From NCBI RefSeq assembly GCF_021028975.2, contig NC_059436.1, positions 46,748,001 through 46,812,000 of the forward strand: DNA of 64,000 nt. Direction: 5' to 3'. The position numbers and the translations under genes were made by a program. Each line of letters opens with the position of its first letter. The stretch's first letter is position 1. A model generated the notes under the pieces. That model worked only from the letters and a program-made list of their open reading frames with translations, was not told the DNA's origin and did no database searches. The stretch is from Sphaerodactylus townsendi (Eukaryota). Shown piece by piece: positions 36,050 through 49,546 of this stretch.

Positions 36050-37002
36050 AGTCTGTGCATACTCGGGCAGGCCCCCAAAATATGCAGGAAAAGATTAGTC
36101 AAGTCAGTCAAAAGAGAGACTTTTCTCCCCACCATCATGGCTTCTGAGCTGATAGTTCTCCAGAAGGCATGGTGTCAATTAAAGGAGAGGGGAAATCAAC
36201 CTAGTCAAGGCCTTGAGGGGTTATGGGGTCCTGGAGGGAAACATTTTTGAGGTGGGTAGACGATTTCCAAACTATTCTGCAGTTCCTTGCAGGCCTCTGA
36301 CTTGTGCATGTATGTGTATTAGATAAGCCATATGTTAACTCTTTAAGGTGCACAAGCCCCTTTACTGTAACAATGAGAGCAAATTCACTGAGATCTAATT
36401 AGGGAAGTCATCTGTTTGCCAAACTTTATCATGCACTGTTTAGCTGTGATCCTCTGTTTTTGCTCCTCTTCCAACTTTATGAATTACTGCATAGTAAATA
36501 ATGTACTGCATCTATCTTTACATTAGTTTTGGAATGGCTTATAATAAAATATTTAAAAAATCACCAATCATATGCAGTTTATCCTTTGTTCATAAAAAAG
36601 AGGCGAAAAGGTTGCAGAAGAAAGATGAGCAGGACAGGTTCTGAAAAGTTATTTTTTGTCATTGTAATTATAATCTTTTCTGTGCTTCTCCTTGCTTTAA
36701 TGAAGAGACTGTCCCGTCTGTCAGCGTCTGCTAATCATGTTTTGTTGGTTTTGTTGACTGTGTGCACATTGATTATTGCCTAGCACCATGCCAGCGCGAA
36801 TTCCAAAGCAACTCATGACTTGCTTGTGAGCCGTCTTGTTCCAGATGATTCTGGAATCTTCTTGTGTTGGGACACAAGTATGTGGATCTGAATAAAGGGA
36901 CAGAATTTGATTGGGAGTGACACTGACTTTGTTAGACTGTGAATTTTGTGGCATGGAATCTTCTTATGCTGCTACTGTCATCGATATTCTGTTTTTCTAG
37001 AG

Positions 37003-37255
37003 CAGAGGTCTTCAAACTATGGCCCCCCAGATGTTCAGGAACTACAATTCCCATCAGCCTCTGCCAGCATGGCCAAGTAGCAGGGCTGATGGGAATTGTA
37101 GTTCCTGAACATCTGGAGGGCCATAGTTTGAAGACCCCTGTTCTAGAGGTTGGACATATCTTCCTTTGCAGGGGTCTGCAACCTGCGGATCTCCAGATGT
37201 TCATGGACATTTGTAGTCCATGAACACCTGGAGAGCCGCAGGTTGCAGACCCCTG
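37003..37255. mobile_element. Two adjacent palindromic hAT MITEs (37003-37140 and 37169-37255, the second centrally deleted)
   Basis: The first has perfect TSD TTCTAGAG. TIRs differ (CAGRGGTCTTCAAA vs CAGGGGTCTGCAACC) around the same core. Confidence 0.88.
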
Positions 37256-38394
37256 CTTTAGAGCCTAGAGAAGCTTTAATTTAATGCCTGCGGTCTTCAG
37301 AGGTGTTGCTTATCACTACAGCTGTGTGTTTCCCTTTTCCCTCCTCCCATTTAATTTGCCCCAAAGCTTCAGGTGAAAGCAGCTTATCCGAGGAATTTGA
37401 ACTTTGTGGAAGCTTGGGAAGAGGAAGGAACTAATCCCTCCAGTACTTACATTGGCTCGAAAGTGGCACTCGGGTCCGCTCCTTGTTGAACTTGGATATA
37501 GAAGCACCGGGGTTCGCCTGCGTTGGTGGTGGCTGCTAACTCTGTGTGGCTGCTTTTTTAAAAAAAATTGCTGGCTGACGTTCAGGAGCCCTATCTGCAT
37601 GAGAAGGTTGCAGATCGCTGACATGTTCCAGCAGGGAAACTGCCTCTGATTTAAGCCAAATGCATGCATTTCCCCCCTCTTCCTCTCGCCACAGGCTTGG
37701 TCGCTCATAATCCAGTAAAGTGGAAAGCTGGCAGTAGGGTTTGCAGCCTAGTTGCCCACCCACCCCTGGGCAGCCGACCCCAGCTGAAAGCACATGGCAA
37801 CATGTTCCCTTTTCCTTGAACTCTGGTATTTTATCAGCTGGGCTCTCTTCTATCCCAGCCTCTTTGAAAGCTGGAGCGAGCTGCAAATGTCACCCCCCCA
37901 GATAGTTGCTGTGAAAACATTCCCCAGTTCTTCCTTGTCGTCCTGTTCAGGCCAGTTGGAACATATGAAGAGTTGGGGGGTTGGGAGGAGGCTGTGGGAT
38001 TTGTCCTTTCCTGCTTTTCATGTTTATATGCAAATTCCCTCACTTCCCTCTAGCCAGTAGTGTTGTTGTGTTCCATCGCTGCATTAGATTAAATAAGATT
38101 GACTGTGCACGTAAAGATAAAAGTCTTAAGAGTAGGTTTAGGCCTCTGTGAAGTTGTACTGTAATCCAGGTATATGCAGCCACACATAATGCTGCAAGCA
38201 GCTACAGGCTAACTATGTGTGCAGCATAGGTCATCATGGGAGTAGCATAAAGAGACATGTGTTTAAATCCCTACAGAATGATGAGGTTTTCTGAGTGACC
38301 TTAAACCAGTCACCCCCAGGTTTGTTTTAAAGGGAAGTAGTGAGGAAAAAACTGTGTGTGTAACCCTGAACTTGTTGCTGGGAGGTCCATAAAC

Positions 38395-38876
38395 AGCAGC
38401 GGCGTAGAGGTTAAGAGCAGGTGCACTCTAATCTGGAGGAACCGGGTTTGATTCCCCGCTGTGCCACCTGAGCTGTGGAGGCTTATCTGGGGAATTCAGA
38501 TTAGCCTGTGCACTCCAACACATGCCGGCTAGGTGACCTTGGGCTAGTCACAGTTCTTCAGAGCTCTCTCAGCCCCACCCACCTCACAGGGTGTTTGTTG
38601 TGAGGGGGGAAGGGAAAGGAGCAGCGGTGGGATTCAGCAGGTTCGCACCACTTCGGGAGAACCGGTTGTTAAAATGGAGCTTGTGAACAACCAGTTGTTA
38701 AATTATTTGAATCCCACCACCAAAACCAGTTGTTAAATTATTTGAATCCCACCACTGGAAAGGAGTTTGTAAGCCCCTTTGAGTCTCCTACAGGAGAGAA
38801 AGGGGGGATATAAATCCAACTCTTCTTCTTCCTCTTCCTCTTCCTCCTCTTCTTCCTCTTCCTCTTCCTCCTCCTC
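38395..38876 (+). mobile_element. Squam3-like SINE with nested hAT MITE and expanded (CTT/CTC)n tail
   Basis: Similarity to 11256-11552, interrupted at 38622-38757. Confidence 0.8.
38622..38757 (+). mobile_element. Short hAT MITE nested in a SINE
   Basis: Perfect TSD GAAAGGAG. Confidence 0.88.
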
Positions 38877-40550
38877 CAAATAAAACTACCTGAACATTTG
38901 TTCAAGTTGTGTAGATTGATGAGACCTCATTCTCACGGCATCACTTTTTAAAAATCCCCGTTTGAATGAGATTCCAAGAACATAGAAAATAATGATATAA
39001 AAAGTTATTAAAAATTATCTGTAGATTCAACACAGTGAAAGTTGTATTTCTGTGGGACTTCTTGATTTACCACTATGTTTTTCCCCCAAGCGACTTTGAG
39101 GGGCTCATCACTATAACTCTCACTTTATAGACCGAGAATTGAGTGAGTGAGTGATCTGGAGTGAACCATCTCAGTCATTGGCTGAGAGAAGAAATCTGAC
39201 TTCAGGCCTATTGCTTGCATAGATATATCTGATGCTGCAGGATAGCTTTCACTGAACCAGTTGTAACCCCCAGCCTTGACTCTTTCCTTCTGAAAGATAT
39301 TGAGAATTAAGTGCTTAAGATAAGGAGTAAAAGTTGTAAAGGGTAGTTTCTTTTCCTTTTTTTAAGGGTTATGTGACTACCATGTGAACATCCTGGCTTC
39401 AAATGTCTTCCCTGAGCAGTTATCTTCAATCCTTTGAGAGTGGGGCCTACCAGGGCCTGCGCGCCTCTGTTATGCCTCAAGACCCCTCCCAGAACGCCTA
39501 CCCCTGAACTGGCACACATGCCTGGTGCATTGACAGGCACAAGACACGCTCCCTGTCCCCTTGGTGCTACGCCACTGGGGCCTATCTTTTAACCTCAATC
39601 ACCAACATGGAACTTGGCTTTAATTTGGTATGACTCAGAACATTTGCACTGTGCAGAAACTACTAATTTTTCTTTCCTTCTAGTGAGCCCTGGGACTCGT
39701 AGTGGGCTGGTGGTAAATCGTGTAGAACTCTTAAAACCTCCCACCAAACCACAGTTCTCAGGATTAAGGTCCGCAAGAGACCTGACAGTGGTGTAATCTT
39801 TTGTAGTGTATTTATACCCTTCTTAAAAAAATTAGGTATCCTGGCAGATGATTTGTCAAAGCTTTGGACAAACTCATTTATGGGTTTCCTGATGGGCTGT
39901 TTGCAGACCAGCGTTCTAGAGAGAGTGGCATGTATCAAATCCCAGTATAGTAGGTTTTGCTGTTGGCCCTGTTCTCCGGCCCCCACTCCTTTCCTTCTCT
40001 TCAGACACCCTGAAAGTAAACAGTCAGCAAATACTGATAACTACTAGTATGTACTTTCCTTGGGCTTGTTTCTGTTTCTGAAAATGTACAGCCACTGAGT
40101 TATGTGGGTATGTTTGGAGGAGGTGTAAAAGAATTTCAGAACCCATGGCATAAGACTGAGCGTGTACATTTTTCCTTTTAGATTTGGCTGTTTAAAATAT
40201 AGTACAAGGAGAGGGTCTCCAAGGAAGTTCAGGAAAGGAAGCAATTTAGAACCCCCCACCCCTGGATTCTATCAGGGATTTTAAGATAAACACACACATA
40301 CACGCAAGACACACACAGACCTTGAATCTTTTAATTGATGGTTGAGTGCCCTCTGTGTTGCATGTCTACTGGAGCATGTTCAGTCCCCATCAGAATTTTC
40401 AACAAAACCTTCAGTCATATTTTTCAGCATAATTCAGGTGTTCCCTGACTATTTTGAAACACCTTTTTTTAATGAGAGACTTAGTTCTGCTTTCATGATT
40501 GTGGCAGGCAGGCGGCGGTCATTTCACAATTGGTAGATACAGAGAGGTTA

Positions 40551-40853
40551 GAGAAGAAGAAGAAGAGTTTGGATTCATATCCCCCCTTTCTCTCCTGCAG
40601 GAGACTCAAAGGGGCTTACAATCTCCTTACCTTTCCCCCCTCACAACAAACACCTTGTGAGGTAGGTGGGGCTGAGAGAGCTCCGAGAAGCTGTTCCTAG
40701 CCCAAGGTCACACAGCTGGTGTGTGTGGGAGTGTACAAGCTAATCTGAATTCCCCAGATAAGCCTCCACAGCTCAGGCGGCAGAGCTGGGAATCAAACCC
40801 TGTTCCTCCAGATTAGATACACGAGCTCTTAACCTCCTACGCCACTGCTGCTC
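40551..40853 (-). mobile_element. Squam3-like SINE
   Basis: Reverse complement of the 11256-11552 family. Confidence 0.8.
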
Positions 40854-41359
40854 CAGATTTTACCATCCCATTTAGTATAAAAATTGGAATAACCTGGCCA
40901 ATTCTAGATAGGCATCAAAAAGAATACATGAAATAATGGACAGAGCACTTTTTCCATGTCAAGAACCACACTGGGAACCGAGCATGAGAAATTTAGAAGG
41001 GATTGTAATTTATTCATATGCTCTATCTGTATTTCCTTTGGCTTTAAGTATTTGCAAAGGTTCCTATCTGCCTTCTGTACATTGCTTTCATTTACAGTAT
41101 TCTACAATTGCTGGTCCTGTGCTGTTTTAAAAGCCAAGCAAAGTGTGTTCATTCTTTCTTTTAAAAATATCCTAGAAAAATAGTTATTAGCACTTCAAAA
41201 TGAGCCTTTGCTAAAATCTGAAACGGTCAGCTGTGTATGCATGGCACATCTTAATGTTGATGTGTGTTCTTGCATGGCATTCCCCCACTCTCTGAGGTTT
41301 GACATCTTTAATACTTTGGTGGAGAGACCTGACTCTTTGGAGAGGGGAGAAGATTCCCA

Positions 41360-41918
41360 ATTTACTGATGGATTGGAGCACCTTCCTTATGAGGAGAGGC
41401 TGGAGCGTTTAGGACTCTTTAGTTTGGAGAGGAGATCTGAGCGGGGATATGACTGAAGTCTCTAAAATTATGCATGGAGTAGAAAATGTTGACAGAGAAT
41501 TTTTTCTCTCTTTCTCACAATACTAGAACCAGGGGGCATACATTGAAAATGCTGGGGGGAAGAATTAGGACCAATAAAAGGAAACACTTCTTCACGCAAC
41601 ACATGATTGGTGTTTGGAATATGCTGCCACAGGAGGTGGTGATGGCCACTAACCTGGATAGCTTTCAAAGGGGCTTGGACAGATTTGTGGAGGAGAAGTC
41701 GATCTATGGCTACCAATCTTTATCCTCCTTGATCTGAGATTGTGAATGCCTTAGCAGACCAGGTGCTCGGCGGCAGCAGCAGCAGCAGCAGCAGAAGGCC
41801 ATTGCTTTCCCATCCTGCATGTGAGCTCCCCAAGGCATCTGGTGGGCCACTGCAAGTACCAGAGTGCTGGACTAGATGGACTCTGGTCTGTTCCAGCAGG
41901 CTCTTTCTTATGTTCTTA
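41360..41918 (+). mobile_element. CR1 LINE 3' fragment (ORF2 C-terminus plus 3'UTR)
   Basis: GLEHLPYEERLERLGLFSLERR, TRGHTLKML..RKHFFTQ..VWNMLPQEVV; ends TTCTTATGTTCTTA. UTR-only copies at ~14695-14850, ~60660-60838 and ~62910-63120 (-). Confidence 0.88.
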
Positions 41919-42814
41919 ATTTGTGAAATGTTGGAGGGTATGAACTAAACTAAAAAGGTGGTCTAAAAATACTGTCGTTTTTAACTTTCTCCTTTTTCTC
42001 CTGCAATTTCTGTTAACTGGGGCAGGAACAAAAAAAACCTCTTTGCTTGGTGGGAAGCTTGCGCAAAAGGCATTAAGATTTTAACACTGTCAGGAATTTG
42101 AAACATCCCGGAGACTTCAAGTCTGGTGAGCACTTCCAGTTGGTTTAGGTTTCTGGATTCTCAGAAATGTGCCCTTTTGCACACTCCCAGAGAGCTGCAT
42201 TTGAGGTACTGACTCTTATCCTGAAAGTTGGTTGAAGGGCTGCTTTGCCTGTCTGTCATTGAATTCGTATCAGAGGTCCGTGACGGGGTTCAGTCCCGTG
42301 GCAGGGCTGCAAGCTATCGTGCGGTGGTCATCTTATCACTCCCCTGCTGTTTGTGTTCAGGGAAGGAGCTCCTTGGCGGACTTCCCAAATGCTGACAGAC
42401 GGGTTTAGTTTGCCATCGCAGGAGAAATATCTGCGGTTCCACTGCTTATTCTGTTCTTTCCCAACCTTTACAAGGTGTCGTTTTGCAATCAGAAAACCAA
42501 CACTGGCCTTCTGTTTATCGCAACATATCACGCTGCAAGGATATCGGTCTAAATCCCTGTATATCAGTAACTATCGAGTGGGGAAGGGATTGAAGTCTTG
42601 TGACTCAAAAGTAATGGTTCCTGGTTGAGATGCCACGATTCCTTCAACTATGAAGTTTGTAACTGCCATGTTTGCACTTTAAGGTTAAAATGGCCAGGGC
42701 AGGTCAAAGCGCTATCTGGACGTGTCCGAGTCTGGAATTTGAATTTACCTTTGTTTATTAGGAATGGGGGAAGAATGATTGGTTTTGAAAAACTGCAAGA
42801 AACAGTGTGTAGTG

Positions 42815-43099
42815 CAGTTGTGGCGAACCTATGGCACGGGTGCCAGAGGTGGCACTCAGAGCCCTCTTTGTAGGCACACGAGCTGTTGCCCCAGTTTGGG
42901 CACTCGGCAGGGCATAGCGCCAAGGGGCGAGGGGTACGACGCATTGGCTTATTGCCTCACGGGGAGTGCGGGAGGCTGGACATTCCGCATTCCAGGTCAG
43001 GGTGGGGACGGAAAAGGCACAGGGCGACACCTGCCCCAGGTGCAAGTTTCCGTCAGCTCTGCCCCTGGCACTCAGTCTCTAAAAGGTTCGCCATCACTG
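42815..43099 (+). mobile_element. Non-autonomous hAT element with CAGTGATGGCGAACCT-type TIRs (hAT1-like)
   Basis: Perfect TSD GTGTAGTG; termini shared with 62053-62563. Confidence 0.85.
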
Positions 43100-44319
43100 G
43101 TGTAGTGTTACTATCACACATTGTATCGGTTCTTTGAATATATATCTTAGTTGCAGTACTTCTATCTGAAGGCCTTTTTAAATTACTGGCTTTTGAAGCG
43201 GTAAACCTGCATCTGCTCCTTTTGTGGTAGCCAGCCATCCCATCTCAACGGTGGATTCCGCACGGGCCCCTACAGTGGTGTCCCACCGGCATATATAATG
43301 CCGGTGGAGCCCCGGGGCCCTTCGCATGCTGAGGTGCAACTGGCCCCAGAGCGGCTGCAGCCCATGAGGGCGCCTCCGCATGGAAGCACCTCCATTTTCT
43401 TTACCCACACTTACCTTTTCTTTACCCACACTTACCCAGGGGTCGAAGGGCAGTGTAGGTGTGCTTCCCTGTCCCTGAGGAGCTCCGCAGGGAGAGAAGA
43501 TAAGTGAGGGGGGAAATGAAGGCGCTGAAAAGTGGTGCCGGCAGGGAAACGCTGTTTCCCCAAAACCTCACTCATTGAGCAAGGGGGAGCATGGCGCTGT
43601 CTTGTTGTGGAGGCGGTAGCCGTGCGAACAGTGCCCCTGGAACAGTGTTTTAACCATTCTGGAGTGCTGTTTTTGGCCTGTGCGGACTCTGCCAAAGAGG
43701 TGCTTCCGTTGGTGTTTCAGGCTCTATTCATGATCTGTTTTTTTGCTTTGGTTTCATGATGTGCAGACAGTGACCAAAACAGAGGAAAATGTTGTATATT
43801 TTTAACTATGATTCTGTAGGGCAGAAATAGTGTGATCCCCTTCCATGGCACATGATTTACCTTTGCTACCACCATCTCCACTTTCAAGGTACTGATGATG
43901 CTTCTTCATCTCTGGCTTAGGTCAGTAGACTAGCTGTACTCTGCCATATGTGAGGGAATTGCTGTTGTGTAGACCAACTGAACTGGATGGTCTCTGAACT
44001 GGTTCCCTTGGGGTTCTTTGGTTTATCAGAGAAGTGATCTCTGTATTAAGTGGAAGAGAAAGCTGCTGACTCGGGATTTTTATTCCTTGATCAAGCACCA
44101 TGGAAGTAAAAGGTCATTTTCTTCACACACTGTACTACATTAAAATTTGTCCCTGGGAAAATGAAACAGAACAAGCAGCGCAATGTGGCTGGTTGCCCTT
44201 TGGCGCAAGGTCGGGCCTCTGGGTGGTTTTCCCCTCTTTCCCCCCTTTTGCTGGGTTTCTCCACTGAAATGCCACCCAGTCTGCAAACTAGTGGCCAAGT
44301 GCAGCGCATTAGCTGGATA

Positions 44320-46184
44320 AGTTGGTGGCCTTCTAGTATTCGGCTAACAGCGCAGCTTTCCGAGTGGAACATTCAATGCGGTGTGCCGCAGGGGGATCCT
44401 ATCAGAGGTGGGATCCAGCAGGTTCTCACAGGTTCCCGAGAGTAGGTTACTAATTGTGTGTGCCGAGAGGGGGTTACTAATTGGTGATTTTGCCACGTGA
44501 TTTTTGCCTTAGTTACGCCCCTCTCCTCAGCAGTAGCATGCAGAACTTGAAGCAGGAGCAGGAGGTGCACCGGCGTGTGTGGCAGCCTGCGCCTGTGTGC
44601 ATTTGTTCTTCGCCCAAGGACTGGCGCAGCGGCTGCGTCCTTGCCACAGCCCCGCCCAGGAATGCCCAGCCCTTCGGCCGCGTAGCTCCCAGCCCAGCCC
44701 CATTGGCACGAAGCCACAGTTTGAATCCCACCACCATGGGAACCTGTTACTAAAATTTTTGGATCCCACCACTGGATCCTATCCCCAGTGCAATTTAACA
44801 TCTACATGCGTCCCCTTGCTCAGCTGCTGCGGAGTTTTGGGCTGATTTGTTATCAGTATGTGGATGACACTCAACTCATTCTGTTGATGGAAGGCGGGCC
44901 GGTCTCTGCCCCTACGGCTCCTTCACTGTTTGGAGGCAGTAGCTGGTGGGTTGAGGCTAAGCAGGTTAAAACTAAATCCATCAAAGACAGAGGTCCTTCG
45001 GGCGGATCGCAAAGGGAGAGCTGCAGGATTTCAGGCGCTGTTGTTTGAGGGTGACTCCCTTTCAGTGACCTCCTCTGTCCGAAACTGGGGGTCTACCTGG
45101 ATTCGTCTCTATCCACAGAGACCCAGGTGGCCTATATGGCTCGAGTGGCATTTTATCATCTACGCCAAGCATGGTGGCTGGCCCCTTATCTCTCCTTATC
45201 GATCTAGCCTCAGTGATCCATGCCACGGCCACCTCCAGCCTAGACTACTGTAACTCGCTCTATGCCAGGAACTCTGGTATTCAGATGTTCATATTCTACT
45301 TCTACCAGCATGGCCAATTGGCCATGCTGACAGAGGCTGATGGGAATTGTAGTTCCTGAACATCTGGAGAGCCGCAGGTTCCCTACCCCTGCTCTATGCG
45401 GACCTTCCCTTACGACTGATCCAGAAATTGAAATTGGTCCAGCACGCGGCGGACGGTTGCTCGCGCGCGGGGGGGGGGGGGATCTACATTGCATCATATC
45501 TCCCCCATTCTGCGCCTCTTGCACTGGTTACCAATTGAATATCGGGTGACCTTCAAGGTGTTAATACTTACCTTTAAGGCTCTCCACAGCCTGGGGCCCT
45601 CATACCTCAGGGACCGTCTTTCCCCCTATGTCCCCCCATGCGCTCAGCAGAGACCAATTTGCTGTTGGTCCCTGGCCCCTCTATGATGTGGCTGGCCTCC
45701 ACCCAGGGCATGGCCTTTAGTGCCTTGGCCCCAGCCTGGTGGAACACTCTGCCTCCGACCATCTGGGCCCTGTGGGACCTTGGGCAGTTCTGGGGGGCCT
45801 GAAAACAGAGTTGTTTCCCCAGGCCTTTGGGGGAGTCAGCCGCTGATGTCTGTGCCATTCCCTATACCAAGGGTGTCAAATTCATGGCCCTCCAGATGTT
45901 CATGAACTACAATTCCCATCAGTCCCTCCCAATACGAGCATTGGCTATATTGGCTAGGGCTGATGGGAATTGTAGTTCATGAACATCTGGAGGGCCGCGA
46001 ATTTGACACCTGTGCCCGATACGATGATAAGATGGGCCGCCCCCGCGAAATTTAGGTAGAGCTTGCCATCTGAGATGTTTTTCGCTGTTAGGTTTGTGCT
46101 TTTAAATTTTGTGATGCTTTGTAATGTTTTATTGTTGATTGTCCACTGCCCAGAGCCCTTCGGGGGTGAGGGGCGGTATATAAA
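44320..46184 (+). mobile_element. L2-clade LINE fragment carrying three nested hAT insertions (44403-44774, 45266-45391, 45868-46014)
   Basis: GVPQG / FNIYMRPLAQL..YQYVDDTQL, LDYCNSLY, HISPILRLLHWLPIEYRVTFKVL. Nested TSDs GATCCTAT, CTCTATGC and CCCTATAC/CCCGATAC. Confidence 0.88.
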
Positions 46185-46192
46185 ACGTGATA

Positions 46193-46493
46193 CAGTCATA
46201 CCTTGGGCTTCGTCGGTAATCCATCTGGTGACGCTCGGCGAAACTCGAGCCTACGCCGTATGCGCCAATGGCGGGGCAAATTTACGCAAACGGCGTAATT
46301 TACGCAAACGGCGTAATTTATGCAAACGGCATTTACGCAAACGGCGTAAATTTACACCGTTTGCGTAAACGAAACCCGAGGCGACCAGTGAAACCCGAGG
46401 TAAAACAATGGCCAGGAGCAACCGGCAAAACCCGAAACCGGCAAAACCCGAAAGCAACGAAACCCGAAGGCAATGAAACCCGAGGTATGACTG
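46193..46493. mobile_element. Tc1/Mariner (Tigger/pogo-like) MITE with internal tandem repeats
   Basis: TA|CAGTCATACCT ... AGGTATGACTG|CA; internal 18-bp repeat (AATTTACGCAAACGGCGT)n and (GAAACCCGA)n subterminal repeats. Confidence 0.75.
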
Positions 46494-46597
46494 CATGTAA
46501 ATAAACAAATACATTAGGTTGGTTTCAACGTATGTACCTGTGTTGCCGGGACGCCATGTGGATGATGGTTTCCCACCCTCTCTTCAATGGAATACAT

Positions 46598-46732
46598 CAT
46601 AGGTGTCAAACTCGTGGCCCTCCAGATGGTATGGACTACAGTTCCCATCATCCCCTGCCAGCATGATGCTGGCAGGGGATGATGGGAACTGTAGTCCATA
46701 ACATCTGGAGGACCGCGAGTTTGACACCTGTG
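46598..46732. mobile_element. Palindromic hAT MITE, CAYAGGTGTCAAA type
   Basis: Perfect TSD GAATACAT. Confidence 0.9.
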
Positions 46733-48908
46733 GAATACATATATGGCTTCTTGGTAAGTTTGGCCATATTTAGAAGTAGGCAGTTACATTGGTGTGTGTG
46801 AATGGACCGATCACTTGTGATCACTCTCCAGCTTTGGAGTGCTTTCCCCCCCTCGTTTTTGGAGCATTCCCAAATCTAAAGAAAAATACCAAAGTAGCAT
46901 TCTTTGGTTTTCTTAACCAGTGGAGGGTTCCATTGTGACACTTGGGGAGCCAGACTTTGAAACTGAGAAAATGAAATGTCACCAATATGAGAATGACCTT
47001 GATATGTTAAATATGAAAGGTAGGCTGATGGGAAAATACTGTGGAAAACTGCTATGTTCGGGGCTTGTAAACTGAAAGTGAGATGTAGTCGCCAGCCGTC
47101 TCCTTAAGAAGAATTCCATATTTCTCACTGGGCTGAGCTGTGTGAACTTGTTTGTTTGTTTGTTTGTTTGCTGACCACCCTTAAAATAAAGAGAAGGATC
47201 ATGTGATATGAGAAGCTATACAGGCTGGACTTTTGAAACGGGACTTTTGACTCTCGCTAGCCTTGAGCAGGGTTCGTCTTGCGTTGTGTTTTTGGTTGGG
47301 CCATTCCTAAAAGCTTCATACCAGCAACATCTTGACGTTTGCAGCTTTTGTTTAACCAAAACAGAATGGCTGGCTGATTTATCCCTAATCTATGGATTTT
47401 CTCTGTGACAGAACCATTTATTATTACTATATTTTATAGGATAGCCATTTAACGTTTGGTCCCTTATTTCTGCCATAATACGGCCCAGGGGTAATTGAAG
47501 TAGGGTTTGCTATGGGACATCCCAAGTGGCCCTTTTGCGCCTGGGCTTTGGAGAAAGATCTTCTAGAACTGAAATCGTGTTGTCTGCCTTAGCTGAAAGC
47601 ACGGCACATCTTGATGGAGAAACCAAGCACTGAAATTTACCTTTCTTCGTTTGCCAGAAAGGCGGAGGTGGATTCCACATGGGCCGAAAACAGTGCAAAA
47701 GGGTTTACACTGTTTTCACACCTTTTTCACACTGCTGTTTTTGGCCCATGAGGAATCTGCCCGAGAGTTTTTGTGACACTGAGACTTTCTGGTTCGGGCT
47801 GAGAATTAAAACATCTGCTTGCATGTCAGTGCGTTCAGCTGGGTAAGAATGAGTGGCCGGGATGGCTTTTGAGTGTAATTCGATGCTGCCAGCAGCCATC
47901 TTGTAATGTAACACTTTGTCATCGGGACGCAATCTGCGATAGAAGGCTGCGTCGGCCACGTAAGCACAAGTGTTATTCCTCCCTCCTCTCTAGCCGCGCA
48001 TAACCAAGGAAGAAAGCTAGCATGTAAACAAGATGCATTTCTTTCCAGCAGAATTTTGAAAACTGGTTAGGCAAGGAAAGGTCCAGATGGCAGCCGCTTC
48101 TGAGAACATACTTCAGTGAAGAGTGGGATGTGGGAAAGCTATGCGAAGGAAGCGGTGGAGCAGGCAATGAAAAGGTCCCCCAGATAATGTTTCTTTTGTT
48201 ACTGTGCTGGAGCTGTGGCCACTCGTGCTCCACGTTGTTTACACCGTATTTTTTCTCAGGGTCTGATTCTCGCACCTGCGTTGGATCAGTGGAAAGCAGC
48301 CTTTGGCTTCTCGCTTACCCCCTTTATAAAACTATCTGTGCAACAGCTTCTAGGAACATTGTCGCCCGTGTTCTCTTGTGAAAGGATGATAAAAACACTT
48401 CCGTCCTACAGAGGTCTGTATCCTGTTATGCAAGGATAGCCCCTGTGGTTCTGACTTCCTTTTCTGTTTGACCTTGCTCTTGTCAGGTGTCAACATTTTG
48501 TGATGGAAGAATCTACCTAATGGCCTGTAGCTATCATGTTGGTAAAGTCTGGAGGGTTGGTTCTGATGCAGTTTGGTTCATGATAATGTTAGCTACGCTC
48601 GTTGCTGCTGAGGCATGAATCCCATACACTTTAAAGGTGAAGCAAATTACCTTGAACTTGTGTTTTTCCTCAAACCATAAGTCTTCTGCCCTCTTCAAAA
48701 TAACTGAAGCTGTGTTGTGGAAGAAAGTGTTCTGTCAGTTCTGCATACAGGATGTCCCATGTTCAATTTCTGACCAATCACATTAAAAGGATCTTGGGTA
48801 GTAGCTGATGGAAAGATTTTCCTCTGTTTGACCTTGAAGAGTTGGGAAGACACTACAGATCTCCCATATTCAATCTTCTGTTAGTCTCAGCTAACAAGTG
48901 TTTGGAGA

Positions 48909-49197
48909 AAGAAGAGGAGGAGGAGGATTTATACCACACGTTTCTCTCCTATAAGGAGACTCAAGGTGGCTTACAAGCTCCTTTCCCTTCCTCTCCCCAC
49001 AACAGACACCTTGAGAGGTAGGTGGGGCTGAGAGAGTTCTGAAGAACTATGACTAGCCCAAGGTCACCCAGCAGGAATGTTGGAGTGCGGAAACACATCT
49101 GGCTCACCAGATAAGCCTCTGCCACTCGGGAAGGAGTGAAGAATCAAACCTGGTTCTCCATATTAGAATCCACCTTGTTTTAACCACTACACCACGC
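48909..49197 (-). mobile_element. Squam3-like SINE, divergent subfamily
   Basis: Same architecture on the minus strand. Confidence 0.72.
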
Positions 49198-49341
49198 CAT
49201 TTTGTGCCTGTGGCATGGCTCTTAACCTTCAATCCAGTATTCTCCACCAAGTATATAACATCAGTTTCCTCCCCTGAGTTATGATGTAAGTAAAAAGTTA
49301 AGATACAGAAACAGCATTTCAAACAAGGCAACTTTATATCT

Positions 49342-49546
49342 CTAACCTGGATAGCCCCAGGCTAGCCTGATCTCATCAGATCTCAGAAGCTAAACAGGAT
49401 GGGTCCTGGTTAAATTTTAGATGGGTGACCTTCAAGGACTGCCAGGGGCGGGATGCAGAGGGAGGCAATGGGAAACCATCTTTCAACATCTCTTACTTTG
49501 AAAACTCACCTGGGGTCACCATAAATCAGCTGTGACTTGACACACA
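49342..49546 (+). mobile_element. 5S rRNA-derived SINE with RTE-type tail
   Basis: GCCTGATCTCATCAGATCTCAGAAGCTAAACAGG head; GGGGTCACCATAAATCAGCTGTGACTTGAC tail. Confidence 0.7.

Noticed and set aside
46270-46490. CRISPR-like repeat array
   Set aside because: Eukaryotic DNA; tandem units without unique spacers, inside a MITE.
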